Below are positions 19,386 to 31,481 of a stretch of DNA of 64,000 nucleotides, one piece after another. The stretch is from Deltaproteobacteria bacterium (GTDB lineage Bacteria > Myxococcota > UBA727 > VGSZ01), in the NCBI GenBank assembly GCA_016177705.1, contig JACOUT010000002.1, forward strand, positions 213,604 through 277,603, written 5' to 3'. The notes below the pieces were generated by a model that worked only from the letters and a program-made list of their open reading frames with translations, was not told where the DNA came from and searched no databases. The position numbers were made by a program, and so were the translations under genes. Each line of letters starts with the position of its first letter. The first letter of the stretch is position 1.

Positions 19386-20837
19386 GTGCGAACCGCGATC
19401 GCCACCGGTGCCCAGCCCCTCGTACTGTCCTTGGTACCACCGCTTGTGCTGGCGCTCGCCGCCGGCTGCCCCGAGGCGCCGCCGCTGTCGCTCACCGTCG
19501 AGCCCGCCACCCTGGCGGCGGACGGCCTGACCCGCGCGGTGGTGATCGCGCGCACGCGCGATCCCATCGAGGGCGCGGTGGTGTCGTTCGCGGCGACCGG
19601 CGGTGCGCTCTCGTCCTCGACGGCGGCGCTGGTGGACGGCGAGGCCACCGTCGAGTTGGTGGCGCCGCTCGAGCGTGAGCTCGGCAGAAGCCCCGAGCGC
19701 GCCATCGCGCTGTCGGCGTTCCTCCAGCTCTCCGAGAGCGAGCGCCTCGAGGCGACCGCGGGCGTCGTCGCGCTCCCGCCGACCGACGGTCCGCCGCTGT
19801 TGTTCCTCGACGCCGAGCCGCCCGCCGCGGTGGCGGGCTCGGGCGGCGCCGTCGTGCTGCGCGTCTTGGCGCGACGGGTGGCCGCGGGAGCGTCCCTGAC
19901 CATCGACGTGCCTGGCTTTGATGCGGACGCTTCGGCAACCGTGGAAGCGGACGGCAGCGCGGTCGCCGCCCTGCAAGTGCCGGCGACCCCCGGGGACGCC
20001 ACCGTGACCGTCACGGAGCCCGCGAGCGGCGCTACGGCGCTCGTGGTCGTGCGCTTCGTCGCCGAGGGCGAACCGCTCTACGACCTGACGGGTGCCTTCG
20101 CCCAGATCGGCCCCGCGCGCGTCAAGCTGGTGTCGGGCGCGCTGGCGCCGAACCCTCAATGTGCCATCGCCCCCTCGATCATCCTGGCCACGTTCGTGCA
20201 GGCCGGCCTCGACGTGCAGGCGAGCTACCGCACCTGCGACGTCACCTTCCCGCCGGTGACCTCCATCGTCGGCACCATCACCAACCAGGCGACCGAGGCC
20301 TTCTACCAGGCCATCCCCGTCGTCGAGCAGCAGTTCGCGCTGCCGAACGGTGAGCTCGGCGCCGAGTACGCGCCGCCGCCGTCGATCGTGGTGGTGGGCG
20401 CAGCGCTCGGCGATCCGGAGCACGAGGCGTTGCCCACCGAGGCCGAGGACCCGCGCGTCGAGGACACCGACGGCGACGGGCGTCCCGGCGTCACGGTGGA
20501 GAATTCGCTCGGCGGCCTGCAGAACATCGTGTTTCGCAACATCGGCTATGCGGGCGGGCAGGTCCGGTCATCGAACCGCATCGTCGGCGACCGGCCCGGT
20601 GACCTGCTCGCCACCACCGAGACCTCGGTGTTCGGCATCGGCGGCGCCTTCTTGCCCGACACGACCGCGCTCGGCAGCGTGGTCGAGTTGGTGCGCATCG
20701 ACGGCCGCTTTGGTGCATGGGACGCCGACGTCGACGCGGACGGCGCCATCTCCTGCGCCGAGGCGAAGGACGCGGCCGCGGCGGTGGCCGAGCTGGTGGC
20801 GCCCGACACGCCCTTCGACTGCGGGGAGGAGCGATGA
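19386..20837 (+). CDS. Lipoprotein with Ig-like repeats
   Basis: LALAAGC lipobox; LAADG Ig-like start; DTDGDGRPG Ca-binding motif. Start uncertain. Confidence 0.65.
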   Translation: MRTAIATGAQPLVLSLVPPLVLALAAGCPEAPPLSLTVEPATLAADGLTRAVVIARTRDPIEGAVVSFAATGGALSSSTAALVDGEATVELVAPLERELGRSPERAIALSAFLQLSESERLEATAGVVALPPTDGPPLLFLDAEPPAAVAGSGGAVVLRVLARRVAAGASLTIDVPGFDADASATVEADGSAVAALQVPATPGDATVTVTEPASGATALVVVRFVAEGEPLYDLTGAFAQIGPARVKLVSGALAPNPQCAIAPSIILATFVQAGLDVQASYRTCDVTFPPVTSIVGTITNQATEAFYQAIPVVEQQFALPNGELGAEYAPPPSIVVVGAALGDPEHEALPTEAEDPRVEDTDGDGRPGVTVENSLGGLQNIVFRNIGYAGGQVRSSNRIVGDRPGDLLATTETSVFGIGGAFLPDTTALGSVVELVRIDGRFGAWDADVDADGAISCAEAKDAAAAVAELVAPDTPFDCGEER

Positions 20838-21208
20838 CGCGCGTGTCCCGCCTGCTCGACGCCAGGGCCGTGCTCGTCGCCGTCGCGCTCGTCGGCGCCA
20901 CGCTGCCGTGCGCATGCACGCCCGCGCCGCGCGCGCCCACGGTCAACCAGCCGCCGCTGCCGGTACTGGCGGTGCCGTCGAGCGCCCGCGTGGGCGAGCC
21001 GGTGCTGATCGACGGCGAGGCCAGCCACGACCCAGGCGGCGCCGTCAGCGATGCGCACCTGTTGTTCGGCGACGGCGGCGACCCGGCGACCGGACTCTCC
21101 GCCGAGCACACCTGGCAGGCGCCAGGGCTCTACCTGGTCGAGCTGTACGTCGTCGACAACGAGGGCGCCGCCGCGCGCGCGCGCGCCCGCATCCAGATCA
21201 CCCCCTGA
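20834..21208 (+). CDS. PKD-domain lipoprotein
   Basis: NQPP, IDGEASHDPGG, FGDG, HTWQAPGLY, VVDNEG. Confidence 0.85.
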   Translation: MTRVSRLLDARAVLVAVALVGATLPCACTPAPRAPTVNQPPLPVLAVPSSARVGEPVLIDGEASHDPGGAVSDAHLLFGDGGDPATGLSAEHTWQAPGLYLVELYVVDNEGAAARARARIQITP

Positions 21209-21217
21209 CGAGGCACC

Positions 21218-22768
<1,551 letters not shown>

Positions 22769-22785
22769 CTGGCGGCCTCGACCTT

Positions 22786-25452
22786 TCAGCCCGTGACGGG
22801 GGCGAGGGCGACCGCCGTCACCTTGTACTCGGGCGTGTGCACCGAGGTGTCGCGCACGTCGCCGGTCAGGTCGTTCACCCGCGCCTTGACGTCGTGGAAG
22901 GTGGTGAAGAGCTCGCCCGGTTGCACCTCGGTGGTCAGGCGCGCGGGCAGCTCGACCTCGCCGCGCACGCTGGTGACGCGCACGCGCGCGCCGTCGTCGA
23001 TGCCGAGGCGACCGGCGTCCACCGGGTGGATGTCGAGCACGTCGGTGGGACGCAGCTCGAGGTTCTTGGTGCGGCCGGTCATGGTGCCCGCGTTGAAGGC
23101 GTGCAGCGTGCGCCCGGTGACGAGTAGGAACGGGAAGCGCTCGCTGACGCGCTCGGGTGTCTCGACGAAGCGCTCGAAGGCGAGCTTGGTGGTCTTGCCC
23201 ATCGAGAACGTCTCGCCGTGCAGCAGCGTGCTGCCCGGGTGGCTCTCGTCGGGGCAGGGCCACTGCAGGCCGTGCTGCTCGAGCCGGCGATACGCCATGC
23301 CCTGCCCCGCCGGCCAGGCGACGCGGATCTCGTCCCAGATTTGCTCCACGTTGGTCCACGCGAACTGCGCGCCGTGGCCGAGCGCGCGCGCCAGGTCCGC
23401 GAGCGGCACCCAGTCAGGCTTGCAGTCGGGCGAGGGCGGCGCCACCGCGGCGCGCACGCGCGAGACGCGCCGCTCGGCGTTCATGAAGGTGCCGTCCTTC
23501 TCGAACGAGGCCGCCGCCGGGATGACGACGTGCGCGGCCTCGGCGGCCGTCTCGTTGACGAACAGGTCCTGCACGACCAACAGCTCGAGCTTCTTGAGCG
23601 CCGCGATGGTCGCCTGGCGGTGCGGGTTGGTCTGCGCGACGTCGTAGCCCATGCACCACAGGGCGCGCAGCGAGCCGGCCGCGGCGTCGTCGAGCATCTG
23701 CATCAAGTCGCGGCCGGGCGCGCTCGGCAGCGTCGCTCCCCAGAGCGCCTCGTGCGCCGCCTTGCCTTTGGCGATAGGCAGGTAGCCGGTGAGCCGGCTC
23801 GGCTCGCAGCCCATGTGCGCCGAACCCTGCACGTTGTTCTGGCCGCGCAGCGGGTTCACGCCCGAGCCGGGCTTGCCCACGTTGCCGGTGAGCACGGCGA
23901 GGTCGGAGAGCGCGGCCACGCCGTCGCTGCCCTGGCGGTGCTCGGTGACACCAAGGCCGTGCACGATCAGGCCGGGCTTGCTGGTGGCGTACAGCCGCGC
24001 CGCGGCCACGATCTGCGCTGCCGGCACGTGGCAGATGGCCGACACGCGCTCGGGGGTGGCTTCGGCGAGCGCGGCGCGGAAGGCGCCGAGGTCGACGACG
24101 CGCTCCTGCAGGAAGGCCTCGTCGGCGAGCCCGTCCCGCAGGATGACGTGCGCCATCGCCTGCAAGAGCGCGACGTTGGTGCCGGGCTTGGTGGCGAGGT
24201 GGATGGTCGCCTCGGCTGCCAGCTCGATGCGGCGCGGATCGATGACGATGAGCGCGGCGCCCCTGCGCGCCGCCTGGCGGATGCGCGCGCCCACCACCGG
24301 GTGGTTCTCGGTGGCGTTGGCGCCGCACACCAAGATGGTGCGGGCCTGCTCGAGGTCGTCGTAGGAGCTGGTGGCGGCGCCGGTGCCGAACAGGCCCGCC
24401 ATGGCATACGCCGTGGGCGCGTGGCAGACGCGCGCGCAGCAATCGACGTTGTTGGTGCCGAGCGCCACGCGCGCGAACTTCTGCGCGACGTAGTTCTCCT
24501 CGTTGGTCGAGCGGCTCGAGCCGAGCACGCCCACCGCCGTCGGGCCGTGCTTGGCCAGGATGTTCTGCAAACGGCCGGCGACGAAGCCGATGGCCTCGTC
24601 CCAGGACGTGGGCACCAGCACGCCGTCCTTCCTGATCAGCGGTCGCGTCACCCGGTCGGACGCGTCGAGGAAGCCCCAGGCGTAGCGGCCTTTCACGCAG
24701 GTGTGGCCCTTGTTCACCGGCGAGTCCATCGCCGGCAGGATCTGCGTGATGCGTCCGCCCTTCACGCCGACCTCGAGCTCGCAGCCGACGCCGCAGTACG
24801 GGCAGGTGGTGCGCGTGAATCGCTCGGGCACGCCGAGGCGCAGCACGGTCTTGTCGTCAATGGCGCCGCTCGGGCAGGTGGACGCGCAGGCGCCGCACGA
24901 GACGCAGGGGCTGTCCTTGAGGCTGGTACCACCGGGCGTCGACAGCACCGTGGCCGCGCCACGCCCCACCGACGTCCAGACGTTTTGTCCCTGCACCTCG
25001 TCGCAGATGCGCTCGCAGCGGTAGCAGGTGACGCACTGGTTCATGTCGACGTGCAAGTAAGGGTGGCTATCGTCGCTGGCGAAGGAGCGGGCGCCCTTCG
25101 CGACCACACCGTGCGACGCGAGCAACCGGTGAAACGGCTTGTCGGGGCGCGCGGCGGGCGCGTCCGCCGGGTAGTCGGCCGCGAGCATCTCGAGCAGCGC
25201 GCGCCGCTCGGCCACCAGCGCGGGCGTGGCGGTCGCCACCACCGCGCCGTCCTTGGCGGGCGTGGCGCACGACGCCACCGGCACCGGCGAGCCCTGCACC
25301 TCCACCAAGCACATGCGGCAGGCGCCGATCGGCTTGATGCGTTCGTCATGACAGAGCGTGGGGACGTCTTTGCCGGCGCGTCGGCACGCTTCCAACAGCG
25401 TGGTGCCCGGCGTGACTTCCACGGCGACGCCGTCGATGGTGAGCTTGGGCAT
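22786..25452 (-). CDS. fdhF: Formate dehydrogenase alpha subunit (Mo/W-bisPGD, Cys-type) with N-terminal Fe-S domains
   Basis: 2Fe-2S Cys set, CxxCxxCxxxC twice, TCPYCGVGC, NNVDCCARVCH (TGC Cys), LRGQNNVQG, EKDGTFMNAERR, TPEYK. Confidence 0.93.
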   Translation of the reverse strand: MPKLTIDGVAVEVTPGTTLLEACRRAGKDVPTLCHDERIKPIGACRMCLVEVQGSPVPVASCATPAKDGAVVATATPALVAERRALLEMLAADYPADAPAARPDKPFHRLLASHGVVAKGARSFASDDSHPYLHVDMNQCVTCYRCERICDEVQGQNVWTSVGRGAATVLSTPGGTSLKDSPCVSCGACASTCPSGAIDDKTVLRLGVPERFTRTTCPYCGVGCELEVGVKGGRITQILPAMDSPVNKGHTCVKGRYAWGFLDASDRVTRPLIRKDGVLVPTSWDEAIGFVAGRLQNILAKHGPTAVGVLGSSRSTNEENYVAQKFARVALGTNNVDCCARVCHAPTAYAMAGLFGTGAATSSYDDLEQARTILVCGANATENHPVVGARIRQAARRGAALIVIDPRRIELAAEATIHLATKPGTNVALLQAMAHVILRDGLADEAFLQERVVDLGAFRAALAEATPERVSAICHVPAAQIVAAARLYATSKPGLIVHGLGVTEHRQGSDGVAALSDLAVLTGNVGKPGSGVNPLRGQNNVQGSAHMGCEPSRLTGYLPIAKGKAAHEALWGATLPSAPGRDLMQMLDDAAAGSLRALWCMGYDVAQTNPHRQATIAALKKLELLVVQDLFVNETAAEAAHVVIPAAASFEKDGTFMNAERRVSRVRAAVAPPSPDCKPDWVPLADLARALGHGAQFAWTNVEQIWDEIRVAWPAGQGMAYRRLEQHGLQWPCPDESHPGSTLLHGETFSMGKTTKLAFERFVETPERVSERFPFLLVTGRTLHAFNAGTMTGRTKNLELRPTDVLDIHPVDAGRLGIDDGARVRVTSVRGEVELPARLTTEVQPGELFTTFHDVKARVNDLTGDVRDTSVHTPEYKVTAVALAPVTG

Positions 25453-26285
25453 CACGACCTCCGCAGGTAGATGGTCCAGTACGTGGCGCCGACCAAGAGG
25501 CCGCCGCCCACCATGTTGCCGAGCGTCACCGGCACCAGGTTCATCGCCATGCGGCCGACGGTGAGCCAGTCGGGCACGCCGTCGAGCGAGGCCGCTTGCT
25601 GCACGGTCGGCTCGTGCGCGGCGAACAACGCCACCGGCAACAGATACAGGTTGGCGACGTTGTGCTCGAAGCCGGTGGTGACGAAGGCGGCGATGGGCGG
25701 CACCACCGCGACCACGCGGTCGACCGTGGTGCGCGCCGAAAACGCCATCCACACCGCGAGGCACACCAGCACGTTGCACAAGACGCCGAGCACGAAGGCC
25801 TCGACGAAGCTCTCGTGCATCTTCAGCTTGGCGATGGCGATGGCCTGCGCGCCCACGGCGCCGCCGAGCAGCTTCGGCTGCCCCGACAGCACGATCAGCG
25901 CGACCATGCCGAAGGCACCGACACTGTTGCCGAGGAAGACCAACGCCCAATTGCGCGCCAGCGACGCCGTGGTGATGCGCCGGCTCGCCCATGCCATGGT
26001 GAGCAGGTTGTTGCCGGTGAACAGCTCGGCGCCGCCGATGACGACGAGCACCAAGCCGAGCGAGAACGCCACGCCGCCGAACAGGCGCACCACGCCGGGC
26101 GGCCAGGAGCTTTGCGCCGCCCCCGCCGTCACCGTGGTCATAAAGCAGGCGCCGAGCGCGATGAAGGTGCCGGCGAGCACACCGAGCGCCACCGCGCGGC
26201 CGGCGTCGAGCGAGGCCTTCTTGACCCCCACGTCTTCGGCCTTCTTGGCCATCTCGGGGGGGACGAGCGCGTCGATGCCTTCCAT
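25452..26285 (-). CDS. focA: Formate/nitrite transporter
   Basis: GAELFTGN, CNVLVCLAVW, GFEHNVAN, VTLGNMVGG; TGATG coupling to the FDH gene. Confidence 0.93.
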   Translation of the reverse strand: MEGIDALVPPEMAKKAEDVGVKKASLDAGRAVALGVLAGTFIALGACFMTTVTAGAAQSSWPPGVVRLFGGVAFSLGLVLVVIGGAELFTGNNLLTMAWASRRITTASLARNWALVFLGNSVGAFGMVALIVLSGQPKLLGGAVGAQAIAIAKLKMHESFVEAFVLGVLCNVLVCLAVWMAFSARTTVDRVVAVVPPIAAFVTTGFEHNVANLYLLPVALFAAHEPTVQQAASLDGVPDWLTVGRMAMNLVPVTLGNMVGGGLLVGATYWTIYLRRS

Positions 26286-26330
26286 GCACCGCGCAGACTA
26301 GCGTCTCCCCATGATCGTTACAGGCAGTTG

Positions 26331-27923
26331 TTAGAGGCAGTTGTTGCCGATGCTGTCGTCCTGCCAACCGCAGCTCTCGCATTGCGCGGTGCGCACCGTG
26401 TCGTCGGCGCACCAGATCAGCGTGTCGCCGTCGCAGCGGCCAAGCCAGGTCTCGCCGTTGCAGGGGTCCTCGGGCGGCGCCGCCAGGCAGTTGTTGCCGA
26501 CGTCGTCGTCCTGCCAGCCGCACACCTGCCCGGTGACGGCGCAGTCATAGCTGCGCAGCACCTCGGCGTCGCACCAGACGAGGTCGGTGCCGTCGCACAC
26601 GCCCGCGTAGTCGATGCCCTGGCAAGGATCGTCGGCCGGCGGTGGCTCGGGATCCTGCTGCTCCGGTGGATCCTGCTGTGGCGGTGGCTCCTGGGGCGGT
26701 GGGGTCGGCTCGTCGCCGGCCAGGCAGTTGTTGCCGACGGTGTCGTCCTGCCAGCCGCACACCTGCCCGGAGGCGCCACAGTCGACGCTCCGGAGCGCGC
26801 CGTTCTCGCACCAGCGGAGCTGTGCGCCGTCGCAGGCGCCGAAGTAGTCGAGGCCGTCACAGGCGTCGACCGTCGACGGCGGCGGCGGCGGCGAGCTGCC
26901 GTCCACCGGACCCTGCACCAAGGACATGAAGTAGTCCCAGTCCCAATGCCGCCCCGGATCGGAGTGGTCGTTGCCGGGCACCTCGACGTGGCCGACGATG
27001 TGCTGACGATCGATGGGGATGCCCCAGCGATCGCAGATGTCGCGCACCAAGCGCGCCGACGAGCGGTACATGGCCTCGGTGAACCAGGCGGGGTTCGACG
27101 AGATGGCCTCGTGCTCGATGCCGACCGCGCGCGAGTTCCAGTCGCGTGCGTGGTAGGCGGTGTCGGCCTCGCGCACCATCTGCGTGATCTCGCCGTCGCT
27201 CGAACGAATCACGTAGTGCGCGCTGGTCTGGTAGGGGTTTTCGGCCGAGCGGAACCACGAGATGGCGCCGTCGTAGCTGCCCTCGGTGGTGTGGATGACC
27301 ACGCGATCGACGGCGCGCGAGCGGCCGGAGTGCCAGTGGCCGCTGCGCGCCGGCAGGTAGCGCGCGACCAGCTCGCTGTCCGCGCCCGCCACCAGCGCCT
27401 GCGCTTTGGCCGAGCCGCGCTTGCCCCGCCCCTCGATGACCAAGACCTCGCCGGTGTAGGCGGGGGCGCGCACGCCGTCCTGCGCGGCCGACAGCACCGC
27501 GTTGGCGAACAGCTCGCCGGCCTCGAGGTCGTCGCCGGCCGCGTACCTGGCGAGCGCGCCGCGCCACGACGAGAGGCCATCGCCCTTCTCGTCGGGCGCG
27601 CGCAGCGACGCCAGCAGGCGGGCCGCGGCGTCGATGTGCGCGATCGGGTCGTCCGCCACCTCGGTGCCTGCGGGCAGACCGAGCAGGCCGACGCGCGCGG
27701 GGGCGTGCTCACCGTCAGCGTCCTGTTCCTGCTCCGTCGGCCGCTGGAAGCGCGTCTGCACCCACGCGGTCGCCACCAGCAGGTCGCGCGGCACGCCGGC
27801 CTGCTGGGCCGACTCGCGAAAGGCCGTCGCGAGCGGGCCCTCGGGCTCGGTGGTCTCGACCGTGTTGCTGCATGCCGTACCGGTGAGCAGGACCCCCGAA
27901 GCGATCAGCAGCAACGCGCGCAT
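26331..27923 (-). CDS. Lipoprotein N-acetylmuramoyl-L-alanine amidase (Amidase_2) with three C-terminal Cys-rich repeats
   Basis: TGTAC lipobox; VIHTTEG, SAHY, AYHA, GIEHE, IVGH, HSDPG; 3 copies of G.CDG..L.WC...CGWQDD.(V/I)GNNCL. Confidence 0.88.
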   Translation of the reverse strand: MRALLLIASGVLLTGTACSNTVETTEPEGPLATAFRESAQQAGVPRDLLVATAWVQTRFQRPTEQEQDADGEHAPARVGLLGLPAGTEVADDPIAHIDAAARLLASLRAPDEKGDGLSSWRGALARYAAGDDLEAGELFANAVLSAAQDGVRAPAYTGEVLVIEGRGKRGSAKAQALVAGADSELVARYLPARSGHWHSGRSRAVDRVVIHTTEGSYDGAISWFRSAENPYQTSAHYVIRSSDGEITQMVREADTAYHARDWNSRAVGIEHEAISSNPAWFTEAMYRSSARLVRDICDRWGIPIDRQHIVGHVEVPGNDHSDPGRHWDWDYFMSLVQGPVDGSSPPPPPSTVDACDGLDYFGACDGAQLRWCENGALRSVDCGASGQVCGWQDDTVGNNCLAGDEPTPPPQEPPPQQDPPEQQDPEPPPADDPCQGIDYAGVCDGTDLVWCDAEVLRSYDCAVTGQVCGWQDDDVGNNCLAAPPEDPCNGETWLGRCDGDTLIWCADDTVRTAQCESCGWQDDSIGNNCL

Positions 27924-28106
27924 CCACACCTCCATCTGTCTGAACGGTACGAGGATGTGCGCGACGCCCGGAATCCGCCCGAGCGCGGTCGGGCGATCAC
28001 CCAGGTCATCCGCCTGTCGACGGAGCTGCGGCGGCGCCGGCGACGGTCGCGGCCTGCCGCGGGGCGCCCCCTGGACGGCGCCGGCGCCGTGTGCGGCACT
28101 CGGCCC

Positions 28107-28776
28107 ATGGACGAGCGGCGGCGCCTCGACGAGACGCGCGCTCGCCTTCGCTCGGCAGCTCGCGGACGACAGCGGCCTGCACGCGACCTTCCACCAGGCG
28201 GACATCAAGGCCTTTCTCGCCGGCGAGCTCGAGCCGCAGCCGTTCGACGTCGCCTTCGGCAGCTACGGCTGCCTACCGTGGATCGACGATCTGCCGGGCT
28301 TCTTCTCAGCGTTGCGCGCGCGCTTGGCGCCGGGCGGGCGCGTCGTCGTCGTCGAGATCCACCCGCTCGCCTGGTCGTTCGACGCGCGCTTCCAGCTCGC
28401 CGATCCCTACTTCGCGCCCGGGCGGCTGTTCTCGCAGCCCGTCGGCGACTACGTCGGCGCGGCTGCTGGCGCCCTGTCGCCCTCCGGCCACCTGCCGGGC
28501 GCCGCGCCCGACAACCCGCACCCGGCGCACGCGTTCCAGCACACGGTGGCGGACATCGTCACCGCGCTGCTCGACGCCGGCCTGGAGCTCGAGGCGCTGC
28601 GCGAGTGGCCGTACGTCAACGGCTGCCGCGTGCACGACGGGCTCGTGCCCCTCGAGGGCCGGCGCTTCACCACGCCGCCGGGCGTGCCGTCGTTGCCGCT
28701 GATGCTCGGCCTGGCTGCACGCAGCAGCGGACGCCCCGCGGTCAGTCGACCTGGATACGCGCCACCTCGTTCTTGA
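28107..28776 (+). pseudogene. Class I SAM-dependent methyltransferase broken by an internal deletion/frameshift
   Basis: ATG-DERRRLDETRA is out of frame with LAFARQLADDSG...FDVAFGSYGCLPWIDDL...LAPGG...EIHP; SAM-binding motif I is absent. Confidence 0.65.
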
Positions 28777-29536
28777 AGGTGAAGACATCCAAGTCGAGTC
28801 CCTCCAGCGCCAACTGCTGGGTCTCGACGCCACCGAAGTAGATGTTGGAGCTGAGCAGCAAATGGGAGGCGACCAAGTGCTCCAGCACGGTCGTCGGCAC
28901 GGTGGCGGCGCCGTCGGCGGCGGGCCAGGTGCACCAGATCCAGCGCTGTTTCCGCATGTCGTTCAGGGCGTCGAACTGCAGGAATAGCAGCAGCACCTCG
29001 CCATCGGTGGCGGTCCACTCCAGCTCGAGCGGCACCGAGCGATCCAGGTGCATCTCGTTCGCCGACAGCGCGGCGAGATCATGGGAGGTGAGCACGACCT
29101 GCTGCGGCATGGTGGCCTCAACCTCGAAGCCGGGCGCCTCGTCGCCCTCAGCAGTAACCCTGATGCTGTCGCCGCTATCCCACGCCAGGGTTCCGTCGGG
29201 CGCGCCCCAGCCGATGCCCTGCGAGTCCTCGGTCCAGGTCTCCTCCTCCTTGCCGTTGACGCTCATGCGAATGGTGCCGAACGAGGGCGGCCTGAAGGAC
29301 GAGTCGTCCCAGTTGCCATGTTGCACGCGGCAGCTCTCGTCGACGTCGAGCCAACTCGGCAGACGATCGTCGACGTGGAACGTGACGAGCCCCGTCATGG
29401 TGACCTCTCGGGCAGGATCCGTTCGATGCCAGCGCTCGAGCGCGAGGATGGAGTGGAACGGACCGGTGGAGGGCTCCTTGTCGCAGCCAAGCGTCAGGAA
29501 GGCAGCAAGCAGGGCGAGCAGCGTGAGCGTCTTCAT
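28742..29536 (-). CDS. Hypothetical lipoprotein
   Basis: MKTLTLLALLAAFLTLGC lipobox; purine-rich AGGGGG upstream. Confidence 0.75.
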   Translation of the reverse strand: MKTLTLLALLAAFLTLGCDKEPSTGPFHSILALERWHRTDPAREVTMTGLVTFHVDDRLPSWLDVDESCRVQHGNWDDSSFRPPSFGTIRMSVNGKEEETWTEDSQGIGWGAPDGTLAWDSGDSIRVTAEGDEAPGFEVEATMPQQVVLTSHDLAALSANEMHLDRSVPLELEWTATDGEVLLLFLQFDALNDMRKQRWIWCTWPAADGAATVPTTVLEHLVASHLLLSSNIYFGGVETQQLALEGLDLDVFTFKNEVARIQVD

Positions 29537-29824
29537 TGCCGTACCCCCTGGCAAACGCGTCGAGCGGCCACGGCGGGTGGCCGTCACGTCCGCAAGTGCG
29601 TCATCGAGCCCACGCGCAAGCAGCAAATATGCCAGCGGACGCGACGCGCTCCTGCTTCGTCAACAACGCCTCGACGGCGCCGTAGCGGAAAGCGCCTGTG
29701 GCGCCAAGAGCAGCGAGTGGTCATTCCGGCACACGGCCGCTGAAGAAGCACTCGGAGGGAGGCGTCACCCAGCGGGCGCTGTCGCGGTCGCACAAGGGAC
29801 GGTTGCAGCAACTCAGACGGGCTC

Positions 29825-30694
<870 letters not shown>

Positions 30695-30767
30695 GGCAGC
30701 ATCACTGTAGCCGGTCGACGTCGCGACGGTCGATCAACGCCGCGCGCGCGGCATCGACGAGACACCG

Positions 30768-31412
30768 TCAGCGCGGCACCGGCAGGTAGCCGAGATCGTG
30801 CAGCCGCTCGTCGTCCGCGAGGCCCGCCGGCGTGACGATGCGCTGCTCGACCACCACCGCGAGGCACGCGCGCGCGTCCGCGAGGCCGCGGCATGCCGGG
30901 TGGCGCCGCCAACGCTTCGCGAACAGCGCGCGCACCGGCGGCGCCTGCACGTCGAGGTCGCCCACCTGCTGCGCCACGCCGAGCGGCAGCCCGGCGCGCC
31001 GCCACGCCTCGACCAACAGCTCGCTGCAGTACAGCTCGTCAGCGCCCTCGGCGAAGGCGCCGTCATACGGCGTGCCGACGAGCGCGAGCACCTCGCGCTG
31101 CACCCGCGCGCGCAGCTCGTCGTCGTCGAGGCGGGCGTCGCGCAGCACCGTGCTCGACGAGCGCCCGCGGCGCAGGAACTCCGCGAGCGGCGTCCGTCGC
31201 GCGCGCCCAGCCGCTTCGACCACCCAGACCGCGTCACCCTCGCGCACCACCACGCCGACGTGCGTGAAGCTCGAGCGCGTCGCCACCGCGACCGCCAGCG
31301 CCTGGGCAGAGGAGCTCGTGTGCAGCAGCAGGTCGCCGGTGCGCAGCTCATCGGCGTCGACGGTGGGGACGGCGGCGGCCGCGAGCAGCAGGGCGAAGGC
31401 AGGCAGGTGCAT
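30768..31412 (-). CDS. YiiX/YebB-like permuted papain-like (NlpC/P60) enzyme
   Basis: LRTGDLL, FTHVGVV, PYD, LYCSELL, VTP; signal peptide. Confidence 0.85.
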   Translation of the reverse strand: MHLPAFALLLAAAAVPTVDADELRTGDLLLHTSSSAQALAVAVATRSSFTHVGVVVREGDAVWVVEAAGRARRTPLAEFLRRGRSSSTVLRDARLDDDELRARVQREVLALVGTPYDGAFAEGADELYCSELLVEAWRRAGLPLGVAQQVGDLDVQAPPVRALFAKRWRRHPACRGLADARACLAVVVEQRIVTPAGLADDERLHDLGYLPVPR

Positions 31413-31481
31413 GGTTCAAGCGCAACCAGGCGCGCTGCGCGGCCATTTCCGCCGGCCGGGTACTCGCGCTACAGCGACGTG

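Noticed and set aside
24421..24430. Possible selenocysteine in FDH
   Set aside because: The active-site codon is TGC (Cys), not TGA.
22786..26523. 1245-aa ORF suggesting a giant FDH fusion
   Set aside because: The upstream part is an off-frame shadow over focA; the real FDH starts at ATG 25452 (MPKLTIDG), coupled to the focA stop.
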